From NCBI RefSeq assembly GCF_006345805.1, contig NC_042997.1:191270001-191334000 (forward strand): a DNA stretch of 64,000 nt, in the 5' to 3' direction. Every line of letters starts with the position of its first letter. Positions within the stretch are counted from its first letter, which is position 1. The notes beneath the pieces are model-generated. The model had not been told where the DNA came from, searched no databases, and worked only from the letters and a program-made list of their open reading frames with translations. This stretch comes from Octopus sinensis. Its lineage: Eukaryota. The translations under genes were made by a program, and so were the position numbers. Of this stretch, positions 1 through 13,934 are shown piece after piece.

Positions 1-59
1 AAGTAAAAAAAAAAATGATTATCTGGAGACTCTAGGATAGCTATAGATACATGTTTCTG

Positions 60-310
60 CTTCAATAGGCATCACCAGCACATGAACGTTTTCCAACCAA
101 TTCTTACCCTGACTATTATACTTTCAGAGCCATCACCTCTCGTGCTAATTATGTCACCTAGGCAACTGAAGCTATTGACTACTTCAAGTGAGCCAGCCAG
201 ACGTTTAAGCGAGTCTATTTCCAGTGGGCTCTTAGAATGCATTACTTCAGCGCATGTGCCACATATGAAACATGCCTTCTGTTTGTCTGCATTTGATTCC
301 ACTACACTTC
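60..310 (-). mobile_element. RTE-clade LINE RT fragment
   Basis: LEVVNSFSCLGDIISTRGDGSESIIVRVRIGWKTF resembles the post-YADD LEVV..F.YLG..I....R...W region of RTE reverse transcriptases. Confidence 0.65.
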
Positions 311-411
311 TTGCATGTTACACTGAGTACAGCATATGGAATTTACACTTAGATGGTTAGAGATGTAGTAAGTAATGAACAAAGATAGAAGTGTAATTGA
401 TGGTAAATATA

Positions 412-748
412 TTTCTTTACTGCCCACAAGGGGCTAAACATAGAGGACAAACGGATTAAGTCGATTATATCGACCCCAAAAGGATGAAAGGCAAAGTCGA
501 CCTTGGTGGAATTTGAACTCGGAACGTAATGGCAGACGAAATACCACAGAGAGAACAAACAAGGACAGACAAAGGGATTAAGTCGATTATATCGACCCCA
601 GTGCGTAACTGGTACTTAATTTATCGACCCCAAAAGGATGAAAGGCAAAGTCGACCTTGCGGAATTTGAACTCAGAACGTAACGGCAGACGAAATACCGC
701 TAAGCATTTCGCCCAGCGTGCTAAAATTGCTGCCAGCTAGCCACCTTT
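412..748 (-). mobile_element. Nin/Deu-like SINE, rearranged multimer
   Basis: Same unit sequence, with internal deletions. Confidence 0.8.
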
Positions 749-1914
749 TCTTCCTTTTGTACAATTCAATGCTTTTCTTCCTTTTATACAATTCAACGCT
801 TTTTAAGTACAACACCTCCAAGTTTTCAATCAGTATCATTCTGTCTCAGCAGTATTAAGTATGTGTGAATGTGTATCATAAATTCATCTTGACTGGTGCT
901 ACTAGTTTCACCTGATGGTTTATTCAAGCAGACAAACTGTCAGGCAAAACTTAATGTCCTAGTCAAAACAAATTTCACTCAGCTGTTAGTACTGAGTCCC
1001 CTCCCCATCAGTAAATGTTTTGTTATTCATAAAAAATCTTGTTAAAATAACAATAAAACTAATAGTGTGTATGTGTGTCAGGCCACTCTTAGTGCTACCG
1101 GTAACTTGTGACCCAGTACAAACTGTCACATGTTTGGGCAGTTTGGTGACTAAACTGGAAACCCTACCAAGCCTTCTTAATAAGGTGGGTGATTTTCAAT
1201 GAACTCCCTGCAGGATGAGCAATGAAATCTGTCAAAGGGCAGATGAACTTGGTAAAATCAACAGTCATCCAACAAGCTGGGAGTGAAGAAACCTAGTCTT
1301 TGTTTAGATATCACTCTAAGGAAAGAAAACTTTGATGTAACGCCTGCAACTTTGCATCAAATGATATAGGCTAATGCATACATTGTTTAGACAATGGGAT
1401 TGACTCAGTGCAAATCCTTCCCATTCATTAAAAAGCTTTAGGTGCAGGCATCATTTGGTTTTTAACATCTCTGTTATGTGTTGTATACAAAGCTTGCATT
1501 GGCTTAGGTGGTAAGCTTGAAGCATAAAATCTGATAAACATAATTATTATTGAAACTACTTTTCATAAAATAATTTTGTTTTGCTTTTTTTTGTAGAATC
1601 ATCATCATCATCATCGTTTAACGTCCGCTTTCCATGCTAGTATGGGTTGAACGGTTTGACTGGGGTCTGGGAAGCCAGGAGGCTGCACTGGGCTCCAATC
1701 TTGATTTGGCAGAGTTTCTACAGCTGGATGCCCTTCCTAACGCCAACCACTCCATGAGTGTAGTGGGTGCTTTTTACATGCCACCAGCACGTTGCCAGGC
1801 GAGGCTGGCAACGGCCACGATCGGTTGGTGCTTTTTACGTGCCACCAGCACGGAGGCTAGTTGGGGCGGTGCTGGCGTAAAAACATTTTTGTTTTTATTA
1901 TTCTTTTTCCTTTT

Positions 1915-2316
1915 ATTCTTTTATTTGTTTCAGTCATTTGACTGTGACTATGCTGGAGCATCGCCTTTTAGTCGAGCAAATCGACCCCAGGACTTATTCT
2001 TTGTAAGCCTAGTACTTATTCTATCGGTCTCTCTTGCTGAACTGCTAAGTGACGGTGACATAAACACACCAGCATCGGTTGTCAAGCGATGTTGGTTAGA
2101 CAAACACAGACACACAAACATGTACATACAACCATATATATATATATATATATACAACAAGCTTTCAATTTCCGTCTACCAAATCCACTCACAAGGTTTT
2201 GATCGGCCCAAGGCTATAGTAAAAGACACTTGCCCAAGGTGCCACACAGTGGGACTGAACCTGGAACCATGTAGTTGGTAAGCAATCTACTTACCACACA
2301 GCCAGTCCTGCGCCTA
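1915..2316 (-). mobile_element. CORE-like tRNA SINE with internal (CA/TA) microsatellite
   Basis: Head aggcgcaggagtggctgtgtggtaag.. with CORE-like ggcaccttgggcaagtgtctt; tail ..gactgaaacaagtaaaag. Confidence 0.85.
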
Positions 2317-2702
2317 TAAAAACAATGTTTTGAGAGTCTTGGACTCAACAGCTGAAAACCAAAAAATTTCGAAAGAAATACTTGATGGTCCAATAGTAAT
2401 GACAACATATTTCTTTAATTCATTATGCCAATGTTCAATGCAATTACTGGCCAAAGCTGAGAAAGACAAAACACTCAATGAAAGATTTCATCATGAAATG
2501 AAAGCATATGTTGGCTTAGGTGGTAAACTTCCTATACACCTACTGCAAGAGGTACCAAGTGTAGGTCCCTAGAAGGCTTGAAAGGCCACATCTGTACTGC
2601 TCATATCCAGTCTTCCTCAATTTATTCATTTATGCTTGCATAAAATAATAAATTTTCATTGAAACAATTTTTAATGAAAGATTTCATAGAATAATTCTGT
2701 AA

Positions 2703-3090
2703 GTGTAGGAGTGGCTGTGTGGGAAGTAGCTTGCTTACCAACCACATGGTTCCAGGTTCAGTCCCACTGTGTGGCACCTTGGGCAAGTGTCTTCTACTAT
2801 AGCCATGGGCCGACCAAAGCCTTGTGAGTGGATTTAGTAGACGGAAACTGAAAGAAGCGCATGTTATATATGTATATATATGTATGTTTGTGTGTCTGTG
2901 TGTGTACCCCCAACATCGCTTGACAACTGATGGTGGTGTGTTTACATTCCTGTAACTTAGTGGTTCGGCAAAAGAGACTGATAGAATAAGTACTAGGCTT
3001 CCAAAGAATAAGTCCTGGGGTCGATTTGCTCCACTAAAGGCACTGCTTCAGCATGGCCACAGTCAAATGACTGAAGCAAGTAAAGAGAGA
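2703..3090 (+). mobile_element. CORE-like SINE
   Basis: Same family, full length. Confidence 0.85.
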
Positions 3091-3204
3091 GAGAATATAT
3101 ATTGAATTCTAACACCAGGTTATTAGTATCGTTATGCCTAAGTGAAATATCAAAATATAAATTATATATATTATATATCTCGATTATTAGGACCGCTTTA
3201 AAGC

Positions 3205-3550
3205 CTTGAAACTCTTTTCTCTCCAGTGCCACTGTGAGCGGTACATCATTTGTACGATGTGGAGAATATACCGCCAACATTGCCCAAACAACCTGAATAT
3301 TAGTTTCAAGGTTCATCCAAGGCTGGGACCAACGGGCCATATGTCCCCTGGCCAATTCAGGATCACAGCATATAGGTACACTGCAACATAATTTCTTTTC
3401 AACAGGCCCTGCCCTGTTTAACATTGTCTCAAAACTGATTAAAGAGGAAAAGGATCCCATCACTTTTAAACGGAGTCTGGAAAGATTTCTTCAAGGAATA
3501 CAAGATAAGCCACCCATACCTGGAGACAACTCACTACTTGAATGGACCAT
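3205..3550 (+). mobile_element. L2/Crack/CR1-group LINE 3' remnant
   Basis: LFSLQCHCERYIICTMWRI..ISFKVHPRLGP..TGPALFNI..IKEEKDPITFKRSLERFLQGIQDKPPIPG..NSLLEW, with frameshifts. Confidence 0.7.
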
Positions 3551-4634
3551 AAACAAAACTTGACTTAAAAAGGATTTAGATAATCCTATCAGGTGGTGCT
3601 ATTAAGTTAGATATGGCCTGGACCAATCTTTGGTTGAAACATATCTAAGCTTTATCTAAGTTTTATATCTTTTAAAAGTTAATTACTGTGAGATTAGAAA
3701 TTAGAACATAAAGAGCCATAGAATTTAGTGGAACAAATCAACCTCAGTACATTTTTTTTTTAAGTCTGATACTTATTCCATTGATGGAACCACTAAGTTA
3801 TAAAGATGTAAATAAACCAGCACTGGCTGCTAAATGCTACTAAAGAGGACAAAATGAAAGACACACACATAATGGGCTTTCACAAGATTCCCCTCTCTCT
3901 CTCTTTCGGAGAGGCACTGAGCACCTACACACACATATACACACATGGCAGTAACTTCTGCCTACCGAATTCAATCACAAAGCTTTGGTCGACTCGGGGC
4001 TATAGTGGAAGACACCTACCCAAAGTGCCACGCAGTGGGACTGAACCCGAAACCATGTAGCTAGGAAGCAAACTCCCTAACCACACAGCCGATCAACCAA
4101 ATTCATTCCAAAGGCAACTGAAGATACTTGCTCAATGAGTCACACAGTGGAACTGAACCCTAAACAACATGGTCACAAGTGTGACCTTTTTTAGCCATAC
4201 AGCCATGCCTGTGTCATTGTTTTTGAGACTTTCTTCAAATGGAATATGAAGAAGACATAGTAAATGAGACATTCCAGAATGTTCCAGCCAGTTGCTACTA
4301 ATAAAAGGAAAGAGAAATACGTAGCATTTCTAATTTATATCATCATCCAAAATTTCAAAATAAACAAGAAAAAAAAATAACAAATCTTAAATTTAAATAT
4401 TTCAGCGATATAAAAATAGATAAATATCCATTAAGCATATGCATGGTGAGTGTTTAGACAAAGGCAGCAGATGTTAGCTTTGATACAATTCAGTGAAGAC
4501 AGGTCAGTGTAATTAGTTTGAAAAGACTAAAAATTCCTTAACACAAAGGAAGGAAGAAAACCAGAGGCTGCTGACCCATATTGTGTGAATATTATTTTCT
4601 TTTAATTACTTCATATATATATATATATATATAT

Positions 4635-5140
4635 CATCATCATCATAGTTTAAAGTCCGCTTTCCATGCCAGCATGGGTTGGACGATTTGACTGAGGACT
4701 GGCAAAACAGATGGCTGCACCAAGCTCCAATCTTGATCTGGCAGAGTTTCTACAGCTGGATGCCCTTCCTAATGCCAACCACTCTGAGAGTGCAGTGGGT
4801 GCTTTTACGTGCCACTGGCACGAGGGCCAGTCAGGCAGTACTGGCAACGGCCACGCTCAAATGGTATTTTTTACGTGCCACCTGCACAGGAGCCAGTCCA
4901 GTGACACTGGCAATGACCTCGCTCGGATGCTTTTTCACGTGCCACCGGCACAAGTGCCAGTAAGGCGACGCTGGTAATGATCACGCTGAAATGGTACTTT
5001 TTCCGTGCCACCAACACAGAAGCCAGTTAGCCGCTCTGGCAATGATCACGCTCGGATGGTGCTTTTTAGCACTCCACTAGCACGAATGCCAGTCATCAAA
5101 TTTGATTTCGATTTCACTTGCCTCAACAAGTCTTTGCAAG
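4635..5140. repeat. Abundant retroposon with (CAT)n end and internal tandem subrepeats of about 55 bp
   Basis: catcatc-gtttaa.gtccgctttccatgc.agcatgggttggacg..; units tttt.acgtgccacc..gccagt..ctggcaa.ga.cacgct. Other copies at about 1600-1870, 9700-9830, 38270-38480, 48190-48750, 53935-54145, 57655-57815, 61770-62035 and 63425-63530. Confidence 0.8.
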
Positions 5141-5239
5141 CAGAGTTTATATATATATATATAGGCCCAGACTTGTGCCTGGGAGGGTAACTTTCTGGGT
5201 GTAATCCCATGGTCTGTGTTGTGACTGAAGGCGGTCTCA

Positions 5240-5279
<40 letters not shown>

Positions 5280-5280
5280 T

Positions 5281-5358
<78 letters not shown>

Positions 5359-5640
5359 ATTTATATATATATAGGCAAAGGCATGGCTGTATGGTTATGA
5401 AGCTTTCTTCTCAACCATGTGATTTTGGGGTTCAATTTAGATGTGACACCTACTATAGCTGCAGTGATTCTCAAACAGGACCCTTATGACCCTTAGTGGT
5501 TCATGTAAGATTTTAGGGGTCCACACAAGCAAAATAGTAAATTGAGTACCTACAGTATTTTAAGGGTCCAAAGAACCTAAAGATGTATTTATAGCAAGAA
5601 ACAGCTCAGCTTCTTTCTCTAACATTTAACATAGTTAAAT

Positions 5641-6055
5641 GGGCACAAGAGTGGCTGTGTGGTAAGTAGCTTGCTTACCAACCACATGATTCCGGGTTCA
5701 GTCCCACTGTGTGGCACCTTGGGCAAGTGTCTTCTACTATAGCCTCGGGCCGACCAAAGCCTCATGAGTGGATTTGGTAGACAGAAACTGAAAGAAACCC
5801 ATTGTATATATGTATATATATATATGTGTGTGTGTGTGTGTATATATATGTTGTGTATCTGTGTTTGTACCCTCAACATTGCTTGACAACCAATGCTCGT
5901 GCATTTAGGTCCCCGTAACTTAGCGGTTCGGCAAAGCGACTGATAAAATAAGTTCTAGGCTTACAAAAAATTAGTCCTGGGGTCGATTTGCTTGACTAAA
6001 GGTGATGCTCCAGCATGAACACAGTCAAATGACTGAAACAAGTAAAAGGAAAGAA
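5641..6055 (+). mobile_element. CORE-like SINE
   Basis: Same family, full length. Confidence 0.85.
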
Positions 6056-6876
6056 AAGGGAAATTTGGTAGACAGAAACTGTATGGAGGCCTATTCTGTA
6101 TGTGTGTGTGTGTTTATGTTTTTGTCCTGCATCATAGTGGTTCAACAGTGATCAATGAAAAGCTGCAGGTTTAAAAATACATACAGGGATCAATATAACT
6201 AATTAAACCCTTCAAGGCTGTGATCCAGCATGGCCACAGTCCAATGACTAAAACTAGTAAAAGAATGCTTTTACAATTTTTTTATAAGTTTGTGCTAACC
6301 AACTGATAATTTGGCTGGTTTTCAATATTATATTTTTAGTAACAATTATTGTGCTAAACAGACTTATACTTGTCTGACCCCACCAGCTTAAGGGGCTTGG
6401 TTTCCCATCCATAATGGCTGCATTAGACACAGAGCAATTTTCTGTTTCATTAAAAAAAAAACAGTGCATATATTCAAAATAAGTCTTAATTATAACTTTA
6501 TTGCAAGTTTTATTCACTTGTTACTTAATTACATTCCATTCTGAAGAAACTCATACCCTACCAAAATATTGCTATTCTCTCCTCTGGTGGGGTATGCCAC
6601 CCACCTTGAGAATTACTGCTTACACACAAATCAAGTGACTTCTTCACACCAGTCTAGGTGAAATGAGACAAGACAGAAACAAAATGAAACACTAACAACG
6701 GATTTATCCTTGACTGACTGAACTATGAATAAGTAATCCAACCATCTTAGTTCTGTAGTTCTGGAACGATAGACACAGGAATTGAAAGAAGAAGAATTAA
6801 AATTTCATGACATTTTCTTTGGATTAAATAGGGGATTAACGAAAAACTACGTGTTTCTCAAACCTATTGAAAATAT

Positions 6877-7105
6877 TTAACCCTTTTATTACCAACCCGG
6901 CTAAAACCAGCTCTGGCTCTTTAGTATAAATGTCATGTTTTCATAAGTTTTGAATTAAAATCTTCCACCAAACCTTAGTCACAATTTATGTTTCTAACAC
7001 TAGCTGAATGATAACAAAGTTATTTTACTAAATTCTTTGTTATATTTATATTAATTGAAAGAAACACAGAGCATCTTAAAATAAATAAGGTAACAAAAGG
7101 GTTAA
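6877..7105. mobile_element. piggyBac-type MITE, copy 1
   Basis: TTAA-CCCTTT...AAAGGG-TTAA; element 6881-7101. Confidence 0.85.
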
Positions 7106-7128
7106 GATATATAATAGAGAAACAATTC

Positions 7129-7357
7129 TTAACCCTTTTGAAACCAACCCAGCCGAAACTGCTTCTGGCTCTGTAGTACAAATGTCTTGTTTTCATAAGT
7201 TTTGAATCAAAATCTTCCATCAAATCTTAGTCATAATTTATGTTCCTAATACTAGCTGAATGATAACAAAGTTATTTTACTAAATTCTTTGTTATATTTA
7301 AAATAATTGAAAGCAACACAGAGCATCTCAAAATAAATATGGTTACGAAAGGGTTAA
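7129..7357. mobile_element. piggyBac-type MITE, copy 2
   Basis: TTAA-CCCTTT...AAAGGG-TTAA; element 7133-7353, same family and orientation as copy 1. Confidence 0.85.
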
Positions 7358-7564
7358 ATGCCACATTACCAGCTACTCTACTACCTACAATTTTTGATGG
7401 CATACAAGATGCACTTTCTTTACCAAAAAGAATGCCTCAAAAATTCACTCCAGGTCTTATATGCAAGGTTCAGCCTACCTTACATACTTTAATGTAATGC
7501 ACTAAAACCATTTCCTAAATATACACTGCTGAAATTGGGGTGTGTCGAATATGCCTTGAGCATT

Positions 7565-8200
7565 CCAGAAGTTTTGAGACTTTTTGAGGAGAGACAGTAA
7601 TTTCAAAGAAGTACAAAACTTTAATTTCTTTCAAAGTAGAATCCCTTGACATAAATGTTCCATGAAGGGCCCATGGAAGTCCTTCAAAGTGAAAGTGTCC
7701 AGGACCCTATCACAATCTCCATATTCTCAATGTTTTCAGAGTGCCCCCGATTGGTCTATTTCAGCTTGGAAAAAAAAGCAAAAGTCACAGGGAGTAAAGT
7801 CTGGATAGTAAGAAGAGTGAGTGACAGTTTTGATCTCTCTCTCTCTCTCTCTCAAGTAGTTGGTTACCCAGGATGGAATTGTAGACTGATGCATTGTTCT
7901 GGTGCAAGTACTACTGACCCGAGTGGAAAAGCTCTGGCCTTTTGCAATGAAATCTCTTTCTGAACTCCGTCAAACCTCCACAAAGTACTTTTTATTGACC
8001 ATCTATCTAGAGAGAACCCAGTGGGTGTAGATGACACCCTTGCTGTCAAAAAAAGGAGCTCACCATGAGCTTCTTTGTGGACTTGCTTTGCCTGGCCTTC
8101 TTGAGTCAAGGAGAGCTAGGATGTTTCCATTGGGTACTCTATCTCTTGGTCTCTGGATTCCTCATAATAACACACCCAGCTTTTGTCTGGGTCTGTTACC
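7565..8200 (-). mobile_element. Degenerate mariner transposase fossil
   Basis: Minus translation IKTVTHSSYYPDFTPCDFCFFSKLK..RGHSENIE..GFYFE is a decayed mariner PYSPDLAPCDFWLFPKLK motif. A (CT)n insertion lies at about 7833-7853. Confidence 0.75.
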
Positions 8201-8507
8201 CTTTTAGTTACCCAAATGTGTTTGTGTGTGTGTGTATATATATATAAATATATTTTAGTTACCCTTACTACAAGTTCTGGTACTATATCCTTCCTGTATC
8301 ATATAGACTCATAGGGCCAGTTTCCTGGTACCCACCATGTATATATTCACCCTCTGAATGGAATGCTGGTCTGTTGCAGGAATACTCACTTTTGCCAGCT
8401 GAGTGGACTGGAGCAATGTGAAATGAAGTGTTTTGCTCAAGAACACAATGTATCACCCGGTCCAGGAAATGAAACCACAATCTTACGATCATCATGCTAA
8501 CACACTA

Positions 8508-8735
8508 ACCTATTTCTTTACTACCCACAAGGGGCTAAACACAGAAGGGACAAACAAGGACAGACAAATGGAATAAGTCGATTACATCGACCCCAATGCG
8601 TAACTGGTACTTAATTTATCAACCCCGAAAGGATGAAAGGCAAAGTCGACCTCGGCGGAATTTGAACTCAGAACTTAACGGCAGTTGAAATACCGCTAAG
8701 CATTTCGCCCGGCGTGCTAACGTTTCTGCCAGCTC
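8508..8735 (-). mobile_element. Nin/Deu-like SINE monomer
   Basis: One unit plus head. Confidence 0.8.
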
Positions 8736-9366
8736 TAAGCCAAATGCCTCCACACATGTTCTGGTATTGGTAGAAGACAACTGAAAAACTGTTAGCAACA
8801 AGATCTGGCCATAATATAACTACCTCAGAATAGTCATTTGATCCATCCCAGCATGGAAAAGCTGACATAAAAAACTGCTGTGGCTAATGATCATGGTATT
8901 AAAAAAAAAGTCAATAGCCACCAGCTGGTGGACAAAGGGATTATTATTTTTTTTTGTGAGTTTTTTCTTTTATTTTATTTTAGTTATTATTTTTCATTTT
9001 ACAACAACAACAACAACTGATGATTGCTTTCTATGTCATATGCAACAGCAGATACAAATATATTCCATTAGAAATATTGTTGCAAACATTGTCAACTATA
9101 TTTGGAAACTCTGTCTGTGCGTGTGTGTGTGTAAGGAGATTTTTAAGAACATAAGAAATTGAGTGGGAATAAGTAAGATAAAAGAAATGTGTGTGTGTGC
9201 GTATATATGTGTGTGTGTGTCATTGTGTGAGTGAGTGTGTGTAAAGAGATTTTTAAGAGCATAAGAAATTGAGTGAGAAAAAAGAAATTGAGTGGGAAAA
9301 ACGAAATTGAGTGGGATAAAAGAAATGTGTTTGTGTGTGTGTGTATATGTATATATATATATGTAT

Positions 9367-9411
<45 letters not shown>

Positions 9412-9855
9412 TAAAATGAGGGTGAAAAATTGGATCTTAATCTGATTAACATCAATTTACGAGAACATTTCTTAGTTGTAAGACCATAGTGGATCTACTT
9501 CTAGCATAAGGGTTGTCCACATAGTGATCATTCCTCTCATATGTATGTATATATGTGTGTGTGTGTCATTGTGTTTGTCCCACCCACCACTTGGCAACTG
9601 GCATTGGTTACATCCCCATAACCTAAGGGTTTGGCAAAAGCGATATATTCATGCCAGTGACATGTAAAAAGCACCCAGTACACTTTATAAACAGGTCGGC
9701 ATTGGGAAGGGCATCCAGCCATAGAAACCATGCCACAACCAACTGCTGGAGTCTAGACAGCTCCATGTCAAACCATCCAACCCATGCCAGCATGGAAAGA
9801 GGAAGCTAAACGATGTTGATGATGATGATGATTATGGTGATGATGATGATATATA

Positions 9856-10090
9856 TATTTCTTTACTACCCACAAAGGGGTTAAACACTGAGGGGACAAA
9901 CAAGGACAGACAAAGGGGTTAAGTCGATTACATCAACCCCGGTGCATAACTGGTACTTAATTTATCGACCCCGAAAGGATGAAAGACAAAGTCGACCTCG
10001 GCGGAATTTGAACCCAGAACGTAACAGCAGATGAAATACGGCTACGCATTTCGCCCGGCGTGCTAACGTTTCTGCCAGCTCGCCGCCTTG
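9856..10090 (-). mobile_element. Nin/Deu-like SINE monomer
   Basis: One unit plus head ..ctgccagctcgccgcc. Confidence 0.8.
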
Positions 10091-10293
10091 GTGATGATAT
10101 ATATGTTAGAAAGACCTTCAACAACATTAACATGTCACCAAATAAATCATATCTGGTAATTATTTTATTGGCTGCAGAAGGATGTAAAAAACGAAGTAAA
10201 CCTGAAGAGAATTTGAAGTCAGAACGTAACGATACTGCAAGGCATTTTACTCACTGCCATCCACCAGGTGTGTGTGTGTGTATTATATATGTA

Positions 10294-10685
10294 TACTAGC
10301 AGTACCGCCCGGCATTGCTCGGGTTTGTTTCGACCCTTTAGAATTGGAATTTTTGAAAAGTAAAAATTTTGCATTATGTAGCTTGCTATTCTCTTTAAGT
10401 CAAGAATTTTCTGGTTGAAATGCACTGAAAAATGGCGACACAGCAGTCAAAAAATCGTAAAAAATAGGGATTTTCATAGAAAAAAAGCACCTTTTTGATG
10501 TAAATAATTTTTGGTGTTGACATGGTCCGATTTTAATTTTTTCTTCTACGGAAGGAAGAGCAAGCTTTCTTCTATCATACTCTCAATTTTGGTCAACATG
10601 TGCCACAGGGTCTCAGAGGAGATAGCGTTAGTTGAAGGCTACCAAACCTGCCACACGCAGACAACTTCAGCTTTATATAGAGAGA
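10294..10685 (+). mobile_element. Helentron/HINE (DINE-like) non-autonomous element
   Basis: Starts ACTAGCAGTACCGCCCGGCATTGCTCGGG (5' hairpin) and ends cagacaacttcagctttatatag. Confidence 0.5.
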
Positions 10686-10714
10686 GATAAGTGTGTGTGT
10701 GTGTACTTTCTCCC

Positions 10715-11145
10715 TTTACTCTTTTACTTGTTTCAGTCATCTGACTGTGGCCATGCTGGAGCACCGCCTTTACTTGAGTAAATCGACCCCAGGACTTATT
10801 CTTTGTAAGCCTAGTACTTATTCTATCGGTCTCTTTCGCTGAACTGCCAAGTTACGGGAGCATAAACACACCAACCTCAGTATGCAACTGGTAATTAATC
10901 TATTGACCCCGAAAGGATGAAAGGCAAAGTCGACCTCGGCGGAATTTGAACTCAGAACGTAAAGACAGATGAAATACATGCACACACAACAGGCTCCTCT
11001 CAGTTTCTGTCAACCAAATCCACTCACACGGGTTTTGTTTAGCCCAAGACTATAGTAGAAGACACTTGCCCGAGGTGCCATGCAGTGGGACTGATCCCAG
11101 AACCGTGTGGCTGAGAAAACAAACTTCTAACCACACAGCCACTCA
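10715..11145 (-). mobile_element. CORE-like SINE with an internal Nin-SINE fragment (about 10880-10975)
   Basis: Both family sequences are recognisable. Confidence 0.75.
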
Positions 11146-12204
11146 TGCATCTACTACATATATAAAATTAGAACTCCAAGAGGAAAAGAAAGAAATTAAT
11201 GTTTCCATTGTCTAATCAGTCATAACAATAAGCGTTGTTTCAGAGACCTGACAAAGGCAGGAAGAAAAAGAGAGGGAGAAAATAATAATGATAATCTTCC
11301 TTAAAGATGAATGATTCATAAATCCTTGTATCTCATATTTATATGAAACTATGGTTTCTGAATCACTATGCAATTACAGAATTATATGAAACATGATACA
11401 GAGGAAAAAAGAAAAAAATTGCAATGGTGTGTATGTGTTTCAATATAAGTATATGGACATTTAATTATGGTCAATGATACTGGTTTAGCAATGAAGAATA
11501 CAAATTATTGTGTCAGAAATAAAGATTAAAATCTCTGCTAAGAAGGATTTGGAATTATTCAGTTATAGAGTTCTATGTATTAATATCTGTCACGTTCTTT
11601 CCGCCTGACCCTGTTGTATATACACTTTATACATGCTTGTTTCCACCCCAGCTCCTGCCACTTTGATTATAATTGGTCTATCTGTTATCTTACATTCCCT
11701 CAGGTATTAGTGTAAATTATATCTAATATGGTGCAAGAGTTTTAATAGCAACGTCAGACCCCTAAAAGGGGACATGTGACATGCCCACGGGGACAGGTAT
11801 TGGAAGCAGAAATGGATCCTTTAATTTTAGTTAAGACTACATCTCTGCCACCAAAATCCACCCTTGGGCAGACACCTGAAATAACTGAGAGCAATCAGGT
11901 TATTTGATATATTTGGGATGCATTGCACATGCTAATTAAATAACTCTACTCTTGTTATATTCCTTCTTGAGAAGATAAACATCAAAGAAGATTTGGGGGG
12001 CAGTTTTGAAGAGGTTGGGTGGGGAGGTGGGCATTTACTTAATCATCTGAGCTGGTAATGTAATACCAAATTTACATCTTAAAAAAATTCTCTCAGAGGA
12101 TCTTAGTCTTAATTCCTATGAGGAGACATAATTCAAAATATAAGTAAAACAGGCCTTTTTTATGTGATTTTTTTCATAACATCTTTATAATTTTGACCTA
12201 ATAA

Positions 12205-12905
12205 TAATAATAATAATAATAATAATGAAATTATTGTATACAGGGCTCAGGTGCACCACAACTTGTCAGAAAGTGCATATAAAGTGTATGCAGTAATGTA
12301 CAAATGTCTGGAAAGCGAACAATGTATGAGTCAGATACATGCTTGCGTGTGTATGGAGGGGAGAAAATCAGGTGTAGTGTTGGCGAATCTCAGGAAGCAT
12401 GGAAATTTTGAAGGATGCAGTGCTCCGACAACTAACAACTGATGCCGGCAGTTTATTCCATGCTTCAGCAACTCTTAGTGTGAAAAAATGTTTCCTAAAG
12501 TCATGGGAGCTGTGCTGTTTTCTGACTTTGTTTATATGCCTACAAGTGTTAGATGGGTGGAGTTTGAAAAGGTGCTCAGAGTTATTGTTTGTAAGATGGT
12601 TAATAATTTTATGGCTGTCAGCCAAGTCAGCTGCCAGTCGTTGGAGTTTCAATGTATCCATGCCCAGGGAAGTAAGGCATTCAGAATATAGCAGATGCCT
12701 GATGGAGGGTATTTTTTTGGTTGCACATCGCTGAACAGCTTCCAGACGATTAATATCCTGGGCAAGATAGGGGTTCCAGACCGGTGATGCAAATTCCAGG
12801 TGAGATCTTACCATAGCTGTATAAAGCCGCAGATAGATAGCCGGAGAGCGGCTCACTACATTTGATGGTGTATAATGTTCATTTTTCTTTCCAGAAACAG
12901 GTCTC
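12205..12905 (-). mobile_element. CR1-group LINE 3' end (RT C-terminus, 3'UTR, (ATT)n tail)
   Basis: ORF LYTAMVRSHLEFASPVWNPYLAQDINRLEAVQRCATK..LQRLAADL..FFTLRVAEAWNKLP, with the tail appearing as (aat)n on plus at about 12200-12225. Confidence 0.9.
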
Positions 12906-13934
12906 AAAAAAATCATCCCAGCTCTTATATTTAAAGCTGCTTTAAATATTACACACCTTAATCAAACTCTTGGTATAATACACTGCCTCTGTTTTAATTT
13001 TGGTGATAATGAAAAATTTAGTAAAATAATTTTATTATTGCAGTGTGGAAGGTGTTTATAAACCATTAAAGAAACACACAAAATCCGTTTGATTCACTTC
13101 AACATTTAAATCTAATTTGTCAAAATATTTTCGTCGCTTTCAGACCGTGACCTGTTCACTGACAAAATTCCGTGCTGCATGGAATTTTGTCAGTGATATA
13201 TATATATATATATACACACATACATATATATATATATACATATATGTATGTGTACCTGCGTTTGTCCCCTCAACATCGCTTGACAACCGTTGGTGGTGTG
13301 TTTATGTCCCCGTAACTTAGCGGTTTGGCAAAAGAGACTGATAGAATAAGTACTAGGCTTACAAAGAATAAGTCCTGGGGTTGATTTGCTTAACTAAAGG
13401 TGGTGCTCCAGCATGGTCACAGTCAAATGACTGAAACAAGTAAAAGAGAGTACATACAAAAACATGTCACACATATTCCATTCCATTTCCTCCACACTTA
13501 TTAAATACACATCAACCTATTTTATATATGACATAAACAAATATGGGTATATCAAATACCATACAGCATAAATTTTCTATTTATTTAAATTATCTCCACC
13601 GCCAGAGGATGTTTCATAACTACCAGATGGCAATCAAGATTAGCTCCACTTGAGAAGGGGAGATAATCTCAAGAATTATATATCTTGAGTGTTGGGCCTC
13701 ATGGATGTAGAGTGGCTGAGTTCCTTTTGAGTGTTGGACCTCACAGAGGCAATGACTGAAACCTTTGGCACTATGTTGTACTTGAGAAGAAGACCCCTCA
13801 AGCTGACAGCCATTAAGGCAAGGGCCAGCTTCCTGTCTGGAGATAAAAGGATAGTCATGGATGTGTGTTTCTGGTTCAATAGCCATCATCAACATGACTT
13901 ATATAGAAAACACATTTATGGCCAATATCTACCT

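Noticed and set aside
1634-2281. 215-aa ORF
   Set aside because: Reads through two adjacent repeat families and a microsatellite; similar peptides recur at every copy.
13600-13900. ORFs with PCLNGC that looked EGF-like
   Set aside because: Cysteine spacing does not fit EGF, there are no splice signals in frame, and it adjoins an RTE remnant; likely old repeat sequence.
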